63,150 bases of DNA, filler included, from Octopus bimaculoides (GCF_001194135.2; 6 parts of 6 records of this genome joined end to end with filler, not necessarily neighbours in it); one strand, 5' to 3'. Shown: positions 24,765 through 38,875, counted from the first letter of the whole stretch. A program made the numbers and translations. The notes: a model not told the origin generated them from the sequence alone.

Positions 24765-24976
24765 TATACTCTTTTACTCTTTTGCTTGTTTCAGTCATTT
24801 TGATTGTGGCCATGCTGGAGCACCGCCTTTAGTCGAGCAAATCGACCCCAGGACTTATTCTTTGGAAGCCTAGTACTTATTCTATCGGTCTCTTTTGCCG
24901 AACTGCTAAGTTACGGGAATGTAAACACACCACCATCGGTTGTCAAGCGATGTTGGGGGGACACACAAAAACATAT

Positions 24977-25019
<43 letters not shown>

Positions 25020-25130
25020 TATGACGGGATTCTTTCAGTTTCCGTCTACCAAATCCACTCACAAGGCTTTGGTCAGCCCGAGGCTATAGTAGAAGACCCT
25101 TGCTCAAGGTGCCATGCAGTGAGACTGAAC
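24765..25130 (-). mobile_element. CORE-like SINE with an internal (TA)n; further copies at 54690-55110 (-), 58840-59350 (-), 59425-59640 (-), 62385-62515 (+), 48570-48680 (+) and 17560-17650 (-)
   Basis: Recurrent segments GGCACCTTGxGCAAG (CORE-like), GGATTTGGTAGACGGAAACTGAAAGAA and TGCTCCAGCATGGCC..AxTCAAAxTGACTGAAACAAG. This copy starts 10 nt after dispanin exon 3. Confidence 0.75.
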
Positions 25131-25580
25131 TCTTCGCCTTCCACAGCCACCATAATTGCATGGGAAGCATAGCCTATCTACCTCTTCATTGATGTTGAGG
25201 TTTCCTGCAACATGGAGCGGCTTGCGTGTCTGAACACATGAATCACTTATTTCTTGTAGTGATCAGTTCAGTAGATCAAAAGTAGGTGTGAAGACAGGCA
25301 CTGCAAAAGTGTTATGTGCAATATGCATGTCATAAGCATATTCTCTTTACTCTCCTGGGATATTCATTCCTGCTCCTCTCCTTATTCATGAATCCATCAT
25401 ATCTGACACCCCCATCTCGTCCCAAATACTTGTAATTTTCACCTGAGGTCGTATGGTTAAGCGGTCCATTCGTAGGTTTTCACAAGCGAACACAACTTTT
25501 TCACTTTTTAGTGTTGTATGTATGTACTGATGTATAGATTCATGTATGCATATATACATGCATATTTATATATACATGCA

Positions 25581-25645
<65 letters not shown>

Positions 25646-25699
25646 CAAGGGAACTCAGACAATCTACCCCAAGTAGCCGGTGTGGATTTCGCTGTTAAA

Positions 25700-26058
25700 A
25701 TTGAGAGAAGTGTCTCATAGTTTCTCTGAACGTGTAATCACTCTACAATTGCAACTTAACACCAAATAAGTGATTAGTATTTATGATCCAACTCTTGTCA
25801 GTCCCCAATATGAAAGAAATTTTTTTTTTTATGGTGACCTGTAAACAATCCTGTGAAATATTAATAAGTGTGACAAACTTGTGTTTCTGGGGTACCTAAA
25901 TGCCAATCTAGGACATGATTCTGAACGTAGCTGTAGCATAGGAAGTTGCAGAATTGGGAAGTTCAACGCAAATGGGATGCTCGTGTTACAGCTCTGTCAG
26001 GAGTTAGACCTAGTGATAACCAATATTTGGTTCAGGCAAAAGAATAAATATATGACTG
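25700..26058 (+). mobile_element. RTE-like AP-endonuclease remnant, truncated by the mariner element
   Basis: LVFLGYLNANLG...IGKFNANGMLVLQLCQELDLVITNIWFRQK matches GDFNA and NxNG..LL..C..xxLxITNTxF. Confidence 0.7.
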
Positions 26059-27313
26059 CAAGGGTCGACTAAAATTTTCATAGGTTGACCAAGATACTCT
26101 CATGGAATGTGACCAAATGAGGTTTACTTTTCAACATAGTCCTCCTTCTTCTATTGGTATTATAATACTTGGACGTCTATGGTGAAGAAGCTTCTATCCT
26201 GTTGGTCAAAAAAGTTATCAAGATCAGATATGACGTCATCACTGCGATACTGGTTCCCAGCCAAGTGATTTTTCGTGTAATGGAACAGCTGGTAGACAGA
26301 TAGGGCCACACCAGGAAAGTGGTGTCGGTGATCAACGAGTTCAAAGTTACAGTCACAACGAGATGTCAATGGAAGTAAGGACGTGTACTGGAGCATTGTC
26401 TTGATTTAACAAGACCCGTGACGTTAGTTTTCTTGACCGTTAGATCTTGATAACCTTTCATAACTGCTTCAGCAAATTGACATAATACTTTCCACTGATA
26501 GTGTAGCCCTTTTGAAGAGAGACAATCAACACAATATCATTTTCATCTCTAAAAACTGAAACCATCACCTCCCTTGCAGATGAAATTACCTCTGTCATCT
26601 TCTTTGGGGCAAGTGGGACGAGTGTTTCCACTCCATTGATTGTCTTTTTGTCTCTTACTCAAAGTGATGAACCTAGCACTCATCCCGGATCAATAAATGT
26701 TCAAGGAAACCAGCTGGATCTCCCTCAAACAATGTCAGGTTTTCTCGTGATATGATCAGTCCGGTGTGCTGTTGGTCAGGTATTAGAAAACGTAGCACCC
26801 ACGGGGGTGAGACCTCCGTCAGACCAAATTCATTGCACAGAATGTTCCCAAATCTTTCAAGGAAAATGCTAATAGAATTGACTATTTGATTCATAGTCAA
26901 TTGCCTGTCATTCATCACCATGTAAGGAACACGATCAATGACATCTAGAACTTGGATTACCTTCAAGACTCTCCGTTACCCTTCTTATATTCAGCTGCCC
27001 ACTTTTGTACTATTGATAAGGCTGGAGCATCATCCCCTAATGTAGCAACCGTCTCATCATGAATGTCATTGGGGTCCAAACCCTTTTTCTGCAGATATTT
27101 GATAATACCACAATACCAAATTTTGTATTTTCAAGAAAAGTCGCTATTAGTTACTTTTGAAGCCTTCTTTAAACAGTAAGGTGTCAATTTACCTGAAAAA
27201 AACAACAACAATGGATTTATAAATAAGACGAGTTAAAATTAATGCTTACAAGATTTCACAGTTTTAGTAACACTTCTTAATAATATGCCTATAATTTTTT
27301 CAGCCGATCCTCG
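26059..27313 (-). mobile_element. Mariner DNA transposon (decayed, both TIRs recognisable) in dispanin intron 3
   Basis: NDRQLTMNQIVNSISI...VSPPWVLRFLIPDQQHT...LIRDEC (WVPRxL and first-D motifs). Degenerate TIRs CAAGGGTCGACTAAAATTTTCATAGG and CTATAATTTTTTCAGCCGATCCTCG. Confidence 0.85.
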
Positions 27314-27889
27314 AATAATCGCTTTAACACCAAAATAGCAATTGCAGTTTTGACGATATATTAACTTTTATAAGAGCGGTGGTTCTTAAACTCACAAATA
27401 CCAGTCACACGTCACCACCCGCAACACCACTCCCTTCGACTTCTTTATTAATGATAAAACAGAATAGGTTATAGATATTTCATCTATATAATTCTTTCTT
27501 TGCAATGGTCTTTTGGCAAGTTTAAACATCTGAAAACCATTTTCTTTTTTTATTAAACATGGCAATTTGTCGTCCTCCTTTTCAATCATTATATCCTCCT
27601 TATAAGTAACATTGGATTAGAGCACGATGTTTGATTTGTATTGTACTGGGGCTTGAAATAAGGTAGTTTTATTATTGATTTCAAGTTAACATGAACACTG
27701 GCAGGTAATTTCCTTAAAATCCCCCAGACAAATCTGTTTCTATGATTTAAAAAAAATACGGTGAAATTTCAGGTTTACACTCTACACCATGTAACTGATA
27801 TCAGTTGTAAATATATGACAATATATTTGTTGATGTTGAGTTATATCAACAGATTTTAGATACAAATTAACTTTCATTTTATTTTCTAG

Positions 27890-28105
27890 GCAAACACACT
27901 GGCCCGAACTGGTAATACAGCAGGCGCACAGGAAGCTAACAATAGTGCAAGACAATTTATCAAAATATCTATTATTGTTGGTATCATTGGGAGCGTTATT
28001 GCTGTCGCAGCAGTAATTGCTATCATTGTTATAGGTACAACAGCTACTGCCTCTACAAGTAGTTATGTGCGTGACAGTTACAATAGATTTGATAATCAAT
28101 ATTAA
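27890..28105 (+). CDS. CD225/dispanin-family gene, terminal coding exon (conserved loop plus transmembrane helix)
   Basis: Acceptor ttttattttctag|. Reads ANTLARTGNTAGAQEANNSARQFIKISIIVGIIGSVIAVAAVIAIIVIGTTATASTSSYVRDSYNRFDNQY*, with the CD225 G-x-x-x-x-A-x-x-x-x-x-x-A-R loop then a long hydrophobic helix. An AT-rich 3' region follows. Confidence 0.92.
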   Translation, partial: ANTLARTGNTAGAQEANNSARQFIKISIIVGIIGSVIAVAAVIAIIVIGTTATASTSSYVRDSYNRFDNQY

Positions 28106-29071
28106 ATGGAGAGTCTTCACTTTTTTTTTTGTCCATGCCTTAATCTAATCATTAAAACAATTTTTTAATGCATTGAGAACTACAATTAACAAACTACATA
28201 TTTCATATTAAATGATATAACTTCAAATATTAAACAATGGTATATTCTGAACGGTGAACTCTACAGCCCCAGCCTGACGGCAAGAACCAGTAATGGAGTA
28301 GAACCAACAAAGAAGTATAGAGATATTCCTGCACAACTTGTACTGTTCCTTCCGTCCAATTTAAGCACCCAAGAAAGCATTAGGTGATGCTGTGGCATTT
28401 TGCTTTTACTTGAATATTTTACTTTAATGTTTTTTTTTATCTCAAAAATATTCAAAGTTTAAATCCATTGTATTAACATAAATGTTAAACAAAGCGTATT
28501 TTAAACATTTTCCTAGTTTTTTCAAAATGTTGCCTTAAAGTCAGTTATTTATATGAGCGTTAAATATCCAACTGATGCACACAAAAAAATAAACTATTAT
28601 ATACAGATTTTACATAAATGGCTAAAAGTGAAAACTACATTTAAATATTGACTGCAAATGTAGAAGAATATTACTTTTAGCTTTCGTTCATAAATATTTT
28701 GGTTAACACTGGTTTTAATATTTCTTCTTATCATGTCAAAGAATGGGAAGCGGAGTGCACAACAAACATGCAAATGATTTTACACTATTTTAATGATTTG
28801 ATTTTATAATGTCTGTATTAAACTTTGGCATATGTAATTCGTCTTTAAAAATATTTTCCTCTCATAAATATTCTAATTTTACCAAATATATTTGATTACA
28901 AAATAATAATTATTTGTAAACACATAAATAAATCAACTTGAACATTATATGTAGCCAATATTCAATGAAATAAAGCATAATTTTCTTTACCAAAAATTAG
29001 GCTGTTCTTTAGTGTGCGGTCAGGGATTTGTGAGTCTCGTGTCTGCATCATCCTCATCATCATAATCATTG

Positions 29072-29139
<68 letters not shown>

Positions 29140-29720
29140 GAGTAAGAGGGCAGTGCATGCCATCAAAGTGACACTGGGGTAAAATATACGAAGCCCATTA
29201 TACCCATCATGACTACTTGTCTGATAAGGGTACACCAGGCACATGCATCACAACCACATGTGCGCGACATGGTGATCTCATATCAAGATAATCAGCGCAT
29301 GACATCGCAGGTGGGGCCCAGTTAGAATTTTCTTCAGGTTGAGTCACCCGTCCCATTCAAGAGGTCCCTGAATAAGGGTTGTTTAAGGATGATGAACAAA
29401 ATACCCATGTTTCCAGAAGTGAAATATCTAAACCCCAAAGAATTCCTCTCAACATATGGCTATGATGCTCCCCCACTACTTCTGCTCGTGATCAGAGATC
29501 CACATATTGTCAGCCACCAAGGGACATGCTCAACAGGTTAAGATCAAACAATTGACAAGCAAATCTGTGGTACTGAGCAGAATATTTTCTGTAGCCTATC
29601 TTTTATACCAAGACAAGGCGTACATGATAACAATTCCAATCAGTTAAGGTCAGAAACCATGAGAGCCACTACCTGGTACTACATCGGGGCATATTGAGCA
29701 GAATATTTGCTGTAGCCCAT
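29140..29720 (-). mobile_element. (AAT)n-tailed retroposon family, copy 1
   Basis: Near-identical sequence recurs at 41328-41881 (+), 23785-24092 (-) and 718-850 (-). The tailed end is GCATGCACTGCxCxCTxACTC(AAT)n. Confidence 0.75.
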
Positions 29721-29739
29721 CTTTATTATTATCATTATT

Positions 29740-30656
29740 ATTTGAATTAACATCTTTCAATTCTGTTTTCATTTCTTGCCGAGTGTCTTCCTGAAACCTA
29801 GGGCATAGAAACTCACTGTATATATTTGTAGGCCATTAAAATAAACGCACCAGATTATTCAATTACAAAGTCATGTGACAGAGAAAAATGGAAAGAAAAG
29901 CGAAAAAATAAAAAAGTAAACAAGTAAAATAAAGGGGCAAAGATGTAATTAAATTCACAACGACAATGCTCTTCTCAATATGTGTGACGTGCAAGATAAG
30001 ACAATCTTTTGCACTTCCTGCATATATGGTAAGCCAAGAATCACTCTTAAATAATTTTCAGTTCCTTTTTTTATCATTCCAAGTGCTCCTACAATCACTG
30101 GTATTGTAACAGTCTTGAGATGCCACATCGTTTCGATTTCGATTCGCAAATCTTTATATTTTCTGAGCTTATCAAATTCTTTTGCCAAGGTATTATGATT
30201 ACAGGGTAAGCTCATGTCTATCAATAAACAGACTTTACTGTTTTGGTCTTCCACAACAATATCTGGTTTATTTGCGTTGATGGTCCGGTCTGTACATACT
30301 GGGAAGTCCCAAAGAATAGGTACATCTTTCTCCCTCAGTTACAGTCTCGGGGTGGTGCTTGTACCATCTGTCAGTAGTTCTCATTTTATAATGCTGACAC
30401 ATTACCCAAAGTAGATACTGGCCAACACTGCCACGTTTTGATTTGTACTTTACTGGTGCTAAAACCTTACATCCAGAGAGTAGGTGGAAGACTGTTTCTA
30501 TCCCATCGTTGCAGTATCAGCACTTTGGGTCTACACCATTTTCCATCAAATTGGATTGATAGCTCCGGGTCTATAAGTTCTGATCTTGGGCAGCCAAGAT
30601 AAAGCCTTCACTCTCTGCCCTTAGCACTGAGCTCCGTAGCCACTGATGGGTGAGCT

Positions 30657-30660
<4 letters not shown>
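29740..30660 (-). mobile_element. R4/Dong-like non-LTR retrotransposon 3' fragment (CCHC plus restriction-like endonuclease) in (TAA)n
   Basis: EGFILAAQDQ...PKC*YC...ETVFHLLSGC...NKPDIVVEDQNSKVCLLIDMSLP...IPVIVGALG...ILRRALSL*. ATT/TAA repeats lie at both ends. Confidence 0.85.
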
Positions 30661-30731
<71 letters not shown>

Positions 30732-32439
30732 GAGATCTCACACCTTATTTTGCTGGGTATGATGGAAAGTGTCAGCTGTCCACAGCCAGCAGACTAAGGT
30801 GACATTTGTTTGCTGATTTTGGTGGCGAGCTGGCAGAATCGTTATGGCGCCGGATGAAATGTTTAGTAGTATTTCGTCCGTCATTACGTTCAGAGTTGAA
30901 ATTCCGCCGAGGTCGACTTTACCGATGTAATCGACTCATCACCTCCCCTATGAAGTGTATGTTTGTACAATGCGGTTATTGTTTGGGTTTAGCTGGGTTG
31001 TATAGAAAGCTTTCAATATATAATCCTCTCTAGTCCATTTCATGCGTTTTGCTTTAGGTGGTGTTTTTGGTGGTGTCACTACAAGTCTAGGGTTAGGGTT
31101 ATTCTGGTTCTAGTTACCTGGTAGTTCGTTTGTTTTTTTTTTTCTTTGAGAGTCTGTTCCAGCAGCAAACTTTTCGACACACATGGTGAAGGTGGCGGAG
31201 AGGAAAGCAAACAGCAACGAGTAACAATTAAGAAATAACGAAAGAAAAATTTCATAAGAAAAAGCTGGGAGGTGCAGACGAACAAAAAATTCCTCCCCAC
31301 TTCGATATACCAACACCATATCCAATAACAACACCAACGCGATCATTATCATCATCATCGCAATCACCATCACCACTATCATGATCACCACCACTACCGC
31401 AGAGACAACCAACATCAAAAACAAACACTAGCAAAATTCTTTATGGACTCAGACCAACCAAGGACAACCGCTAAGAAACAGTGTAAATTACACTGCCTTA
31501 AATTAATACAAATACGATAGAAGTAATGAAATACATACATCAATATACCGACATTACTCAGGATGATTTTAGCACATCATCACATAAAAACATCCGAACC
31601 ACACAAAACAGATACGGTGCCATCCATCAATGTTCGCTTCTCACTAATCCTGGGGGACTCACGAGGTACAGCTGTCCGGTGCCGCTTCCATTGGGTCCTA
31701 TAAGAGACAGTCATCATTATGCTTTCCAACAAAAATCCCAAGCGTATCCAACTAATGTACCACTCGTGATCTACCCTGGTTGACTCGGCTTGAAGAACCT
31801 GGCTTGCACCACATTTTAATCATACGCCTGTAATACGGGAGCTGTGACCTCTTAGTGTAGAGAAGTAGGAGCTCGAACTCGAGAAACACTGATTACGACT
31901 TAAGCACGCTATCGACTAATGTAACCCAGAGATTCTTTGAAGTAACACAGTTTCGGTTGTTTGTATTGGCGATCATACTCTCTCGGTCTTTACCAAACAT
32001 TCATCAACATAGGTGAGAATAAACACGAAAAGGAAACTGAAAATAGCAAGTTTGTATTTTTTTACCAACTTCTACCCTCCTCAGGTTTGAATGCTGAAGC
32101 TGGCACATTATTGTACATGCTATACTAGCATCCAGTTCAACTTCTTGCATTCCATCACTCATGAACAAGACACTGAGACACTGAAATATCTGCACTCGCT
32201 GTGCCATAAAACAAGTTTCCCCAACGGAGCGAGAGACTTGAGAGTGAATATGAATAAAAGATTATATAAAGGACTGCTCGTGGAAATACCCACAGCCAAC
32301 CCGAGGGATGAAACAACTGTCTAACCATAAAAATAAGGTAAGTGGTCTTTTCTCACCTTCCTCCTTTCGTCGGTCATGGCCTTATACAGAAAACGCAGTG
32401 TAAATGCACATGACCAGGGTCACCTTAGAAGCAGGACCA

Positions 32440-33830
32440 AAGCATTAGCAATCTCAAGTTACTGATATAAAAGTGAACATCAGCCAGACTTGAGTTTCCG
32501 ATCTACATATCCGAGTGTACATTTTCAGTAGATTAGATATGAAATCTATCTGTCGATTGGGAGGTAGAGCTACTGTGTTATTTCGGAAGGGTCATCCTGG
32601 ATGTGAACAGTTACGAAAGTGATTTTTTTCAGTATTGTAGCCCTTTATACTCCGACAAGATGATATCATAGATTTCTTCAGGTTCCTGGAGTTTTTTCTA
32701 GGAACGTCGAGCTCTTTAGTACTAGCGGGCGATTGGAACTCAACCCTGTATGCATGTATGGATTGTGTGATGCTAGCTAATAGCTGAGGGAATGTAAGAA
32801 TCTCAGACACTTGCTCAGTCGTTTTCAACTGGGTGACAGGTATCGGCTAAATTTCACGAATACACCCTTGTTGACATTGGTAAGCAGTAACGGGTCATCC
32901 AGGTCGTATCTAGATAGAATATTCTGTAGATCAGCCGGTAGGGCTAACATTGTTGTCTAAAATTCAAACCGGTCACCTACACAGACTACCAATTTGTGGT
33001 CTGTACGGTCGATCAAGATAGGTTGCATAGACAGGTACCCGGTAACCGGAAACTGAACGCGTTTTTCCTGTCACGCTAAGTTTACAGACACTAACTTTGA
33101 GAAAACGCTAAGAGGGAGTTGATAGGAGCAATCGTCAAAAATCGATGGTGGTTATCCCTGAAATGAGCAATAGATTCGATATATATATGCTTTGGTGAGG
33201 AAATAATTACAAAGTTGTAGAGTAGAGAGAGATCTAGTTAACCAAATAGAAGAGAAACTTAGGAAAAATATTGCGACTGACGTGCTAGCGGCGATATTTG
33301 CTATTGCTTTATTCTTCAACGCTAAGCACAAGGTCAGAGCTAAGGAGTCTACTTTAACGAATGAGGGAATGAAAGCCGTTCGATGCGCTTATGTGACAAA
33401 GGCACAATGCGACAGCAAAGGCACGATTTGGTTTTTGATGGATTGGAAGGGGTGTGTGCTACTCGATTCCAAGTAGATGCATGTGGCCTTACAGCTGTTT
33501 CAGGTGGTCCGGAATCGGGAGTAGAATTTACCTCTTACCTTCACAGTCTGTCGCAATCACCGGGTTGTAATGTGGAGATCTGCAAAAGACCAATAACAGC
33601 TGACGATATACGGAAAGCAATGGCTGACCACACGACGGATAAGTCGCTGAGACTGGGCAGTTGCACTAAAGTTTTACCTTCATCCACCAGGTTTCTTCGT
33701 GGGCCTTTTAGCAGACGTCTACTGCATCTAGCAATAGAACGGGAGAATTTCCTGTCCAGCAAAAAGCAGTGTTATAGTAGGACTGAAAAGGGACCTGAAT
33801 AAGGGAAATGGTTTTAACAACTTCAGGTTT
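32440..33830 (+). mobile_element. Tx1/L1-like ORF2 remnant (AP endonuclease plus start of RT)
   Basis: LVLAGDWN, SYLDRIF, YTDYQFVV, PGNRKLNA (decayed GPGYWKLN), PITADDIRKAM...DKSLRL (KSPGxDG) and GLLADVY. Confidence 0.8.
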
Positions 33831-33953
33831 ATGTTTTGGTTAAATCCCAATTCTCAGTATATAGTATTTACCATATGAATCAGTGGCTGTTACAGCAATG
33901 CGCCTCTGGGGGATTTAGCTCTTATTTATGGCAATCCTTGTTACTTATTTGTT

Positions 33954-34006
<53 letters not shown>

Positions 34007-34852
34007 NNNNNNNNNNNNNNNNNNNNNNNNNNNNNNNNNNNNNNNNNNNNNNNNNNNNNNNNNNNNNNNNNNNNNNNNNNNNNNNNNNNNNNNNNNNNNN
34101 NNNNNNNNNNNNNNNNNNNNNNNNNNNNNNNNNNNNNNNNNNNNNNNNNNNNNNNNNNNNNNNNNNNNNNNNNNNNNNNNNNNNNNNNNNNNNNNNNNNN
34201 NNNNNNNNNNNNNNNNNNNNNNNNNNNNNNNNNNNNNNNNNNNNNNNNNNNNNNNNNNNNNNNNNNNNNNNNNNNNNNNNNNNNNNNNNNNNNNNNNNNN
34301 NNNNNNNNNNNNNNNNNNNNNNNNNNNNNNNNNNNNNNNNNNNNNNNNNNNNNNNNNNNNNNNNNNNNNNNNNNNNNNNNNNNNNNNNNNNNNNNNNNNN
34401 NNNNNNNNNNNNNNNNNNNNNNNNNNNNNNNNNNNNNNNNNNNNNNNNNNNNNNNNNNNNNNNNNNNNNNNNNNNNNNNNNNNNNNNNNNNNNNNNNNNN
34501 NNNNNNNNNNNNNNNNNNNNNNNNNNNNNNNNNNNNNNNNNNNNNNNNNNNNNNNNNNNNNNNNNNNNNNNNNNNNNNNNNNNNNNNNNNNNNNNNNNNN
34601 NNNNNNNNNNNNNNNNNNNNNNNNNNNNNNNNNNNNNNNNNNNNNNNNNNNNNNNNNNNNNNNNNNNNNNNNNNNNNNNNNNNNNNNNNNNNNNNNNNNN
34701 NNNNNNNNNNNNNNNNNNNNNNNNNNNNNNNNNNNNNNNNNNNNNNNNNNNNNNNNNNNNNNNNNNNNNNNNNNNNNNNNNNNNNNNNNNNNNNNNNNNN
34801 NNNNNNNNNNNNNNNNNNNNNNNNNNNNNNNNNNNNNNNNNNNNNNNNNNNN

Positions 34853-34899
<47 letters not shown>

Positions 34900-36040
34900 A
34901 ACTTCTATTTAGTTTGAAAAGGTCCAGTGAAACTCAGTTCAAAATTATAGAATTAAGGTAGTGACAGGACAGTAACCGAAAATACCCGTTTCTCAAAAAA
35001 ATGAAACACAGGTAGGTGAAAATGACAAAAATGAGGCAATACAAACGTTCAGAAAATAGACAGGTAAAAGACAAAATACATGGCTGTAGTAGTTATAGAA
35101 ATTTTAGTTTGGCTTGTTATAATGGAAACAGGTACCAATGTGTCTGTGGCTTTCGACTGGCAGAAATTAGCCAAACTTTTCAAACTTTAAAGGCATTTTA
35201 TTTATTAATTTATGGCCAAAACGAATTCCTGTTTCATAATTAGCATACAAACCTACATTAGTACACCAAATTTGAAAACAACTGGAGCAAATTTTAAAAA
35301 ATAGAAAACTGTAATAGCAACTGAAAAGATCCTAGGTTTCTGTTTACTGCATATTATTTATCCAGTTGACTTATAATTTTTATATCTGTATATTCATTAT
35401 ATGTATATTCACATATTAGTTCATGGTTATAAGCAAGTTAATGCATGTGTATTTTACGTAATATAAATGACATTGTCTGATTACATTGTCTACCTCTGGT
35501 TCTTTGACATTATATTTCACGGAGAATTTTATTTGACTGCTATGTTTCAGATTTGTTCCAAATCTTAGAACAACAAAGAAATGTTCTAAAATAATTGAAC
35601 TGCGTTTACTGATTCAAAATATATAGTTTCAAATGGTCTATTAAAATATACCTCGCAGTATTTGCCTTGGTACTTTGGGTTATGGGTTCAAATCCCGCCG
35701 GGACCTATTTGAGAGGTAGAATAAATCCGTATCCGAGATTAACTCTACGTCCCAACATCGCCGCTGGTAGATTTCTATACTTAGTTTATGTGTATAGCAT
35801 AACGTTCTCCTCCAACCAAAATTTAAAGAAAATCGTCGACCAGTATTAAAAACATATTGTGATGCTAGAATTCCCTAAATCATAATTTTAGTCGTAAGTA
35901 ACCTCTGAAAAATGTTATCAGTTGCATAATTTCTTATTTTACTTCATGAAAAAATTCTAAAAGTACGTAAACGAATTTCACACTGAAATTCATTCAAATT
36001 TGATGGAAATTTTCCAATGTCAAATTAATTACTCACAAGT

Positions 36041-36427
36041 TGTGTTGTTGGCACTCCGTCGCTTACGACGTCGAGGGTTCCAGTTGATCCGATCAAGGGA
36101 ACAGCCTGTCCGTGAAATTAACGTGCAAGTGGCTGAGCACTCCACAGACACGTGTACCCTTAACGTAGTTCTCGGGGATATTCAGCGTGACACAGTGTGA
36201 CAAGGCTGGGCCTTTGAATTACAGGCACAACAGAAACAGGAAGAAAGAGTGAGAGAAAGTTGTGGTGAAAGAGTACAGCAGGGTTCGCCACCATCCCCTG
36301 CCGGAGCCTCGTGGAGCTTTAGGTGTTTTCGCTCAATAAACACTCACAACGGCCGGTCTGGGAATCGAAACCACGATCCTATGACCGCGAGTCCGCTGCC
36401 CTAATCACTGGGCCATTGCACCTCCAC
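36041..36427 (-). mobile_element. Full-length tRNA-derived SINE, same family as 15601-15957, opposite orientation
   Basis: Reverse complement of the 15601 copy; the shared translation LLALRRLRRRGFQLIRS appears in the ORF track on opposite strands. 10-bp TSD ACTCACAAGT (36031-36040 and 36428-36437). Confidence 0.85.
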
Positions 36428-37485
36428 ACTCACAAGTATTCATATGGAATTCAATACATAAATTCGTAAGACATTGGGATTTTTCTTAGTTTTTTGTATT
36501 TCAAAGCGTTTACAGTGACTAGCTTAGAACGGAGCTTCTTAAGTAGCAATAATCAGTTATTTATTTTTATTCTGAGTGTGTTTAGAACACACAGAATTCG
36601 ATAACAATAACAGTTTAATAACATTATCTGTAAAGAAAATAAGAAGCTGAAAGTGCAGAGGTAAAAATTACATTGGACTTCTTAACATATAAATACATAG
36701 ATACATGTTTTAGTGGTGGTGGGGTTTCATTTTAATAATGTTGTTATCAATCAACTCTAGTGACTGATGTTTGTTTTACATAATTACATAATGTTGAGAA
36801 AGATATGCGGCACCCCTCCTTTCATTTCTTATACTGGTTTATTTTTCGCCAAATCTTAATATTTTATAATAAGTGAAAAGATATGGATCTTTTCCTTTTC
36901 ATGGGCAGCTCGATTAATTAATTTTCTTTAACTAAACACTTTGAAACTTCGTATACTGGTAGTATGTGTCGTATCGAACATATATTCTTAGCGTTGTTGA
37001 GGAAAGTTTCTATTTTCAAAGTTATTTCGTGTTAAAGTTGTCGTATTTCGGTAATTTCAACCAATCAATGACATGTATTCAGCAGAATAAAATTACTGCT
37101 GTTGTTTGTCAACAACAACTTCCGGCGGTGTATTTTTCGTTTGTCACTGTTATTTATGATATATTTCATCTCAGTTACGTTCGTATGAATAAACGAGTGT
37201 AACTGAAGCATGTTTACTTCATGGCACCACCATAATCGTTCGTGCATTTCTACTGCTCTTAGGTCCTTTTTCCTGTTTTTCAGCTACTATTTTCAGAAAG
37301 ACTTCCTCCCGTCCCCCCACCCCATTTTCTTGCAAATTATTGTTTTCTTTTAAAACATTTTTTGCCAAAAACCCAGCTTTTCGGGNNNNNNNNNNNNNNN
37401 NNNNNNNNNNNNNNNNNNNNNNNNNNNNNTTAATTAATTAANNNNNNNNNNNNNNNNNNNNNNNNNNNNNNNNNNNNNNNNNNNN

Positions 37486-38103
37486 TATATATAAAATGGG
37501 TGAATATTAACATGACCTAATTCTCCTGAACTATGCCTAACTCTTGTCCAGTGAGGTCACAATTAATCAGTGATCGTTGGTTGTCACTAGACTCCACGAC
37601 ACTCACTCTCAATGTTCGTTGGTTGTCACTCATTTCCACGACACTCACTCTCCTGAGATATTGGCTATTTTTATGCCGTGTCTATTACTTAAATCCAACA
37701 AGACTATTTTGAATTGTTGTGTTAAACTCTAGTAGCTTAGTATGGAAGAATTAGTTAATATAAATTTTATGTCGTAACTCTCTACGACAATCTTCTTTGA
37801 CTTCTAAATGTACTGTAAATACTAAATGTACGTAAATAAACTAATGTAGTAAATAATTTCTCTTTCTTCATTTTTGTCAACCTGTTAATTAAATTTATTT
37901 CTGTAACTATGAAACTGTTATTATAGCGGTGAAAAAGAGCGAGGTTTATTATCTTCAGCATACATGTACGCTTCAACATGTACGTTTCAGCGTCTTGGTG
38001 TATAATTCATCACGGCGTTTACGCAGCCTTAGTTAAGATGTGTGACCTCACTGGACAAGGGTTAGGCATAGTTCAGGAGAATTAGGTCATGTTAATATTC
38101 ACC

Positions 38104-38112
<9 letters not shown>
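37486..38112. mobile_element. MITE with about 70-bp terminal inverted repeats and TA-repeat flanks (Tc1/mariner-type)
   Basis: AAAATGGGTGAATATTAACATGACCTAATTCTCCTGAACTATGCCTAAC...GTGAGGTCACA at 37493-37561 recurs as its reverse complement at 38041-38109. An internal motif of about 35 bp is duplicated. Confidence 0.85.
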
Positions 38113-38145
<33 letters not shown>

Positions 38146-38839
38146 CTTTGCTAAAAATTTTCTACTATTTGAAAATATAGTGATAATACTTATAATTAAG
38201 TTATAAGTGACGGGTTTATCACTATAGATTTTTACTCAATAAACATCTATATTTATTATCTTTTCCAAATCAAAAACATTCTACACCAGATAATCTACCA
38301 CAACGTTATAAATTGGTGACAAACCGATGTGGACTTAGAAAAGTCTACTCAGGAGAATAATCACCATATAAATAAGATAGAATCAACCCGTTATAACAGT
38401 GGTAACTCACCTTTATAAAAATCGGTTAATTCTACAAAGTTATACGTAATACTTTCACTATCTTTTCTGAAGTGTCTAGAATTTTCTCTTCCAAGAAATA
38501 CTGATGCATCTTATCTCGTTTGAAACTAATAACATTTTTTTTTCTTTCTTCATCTTCTCCTTTTTCTATTTTTGCTCCTCTCTTTTTATCTCACCCCCAC
38601 TCCTCCTCTCCCTCTCTTTTCTTTTCCCTACATTTCTATCCCTCTCCAACTTATCGCTCTCCCTCATTATTTCAATGGATAATTTTATGGTGATATAGTG
38701 GTGGTCATCATTGTATCTGTTATCGAATTATGCTTGTAGCACTTCTCTTTCTTATTCCTTTCATCTTTATTGTTTGTAAAATAATGTTAATCCTGAATAT
38801 GAAATATGAAATATTTTACAAAATAAATTTTCGTTGCAG

Positions 38840-38875
38840 TTCTCTTCTACATCTTATTGAAATTTGGAAATGGAC
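38840..38875 (+). CDS. PAN/apple-domain gene, 36-nt exon encoding the C-terminal half of a signal peptide
   Basis: Acceptor ttttcgttgcag| and donor GAC|gtaagt. Phase 1-1, reads xLFYILLKFGNG(L). The other frames hit a stop or are out of phase with the next exon. Confidence 0.75.

Noticed and set aside
27782-28120. Cys-rich 112-aa minus-strand ORF
   Set aside because: It is the antisense shadow of dispanin exon 4 (GCA/ACA codons read as Cys).
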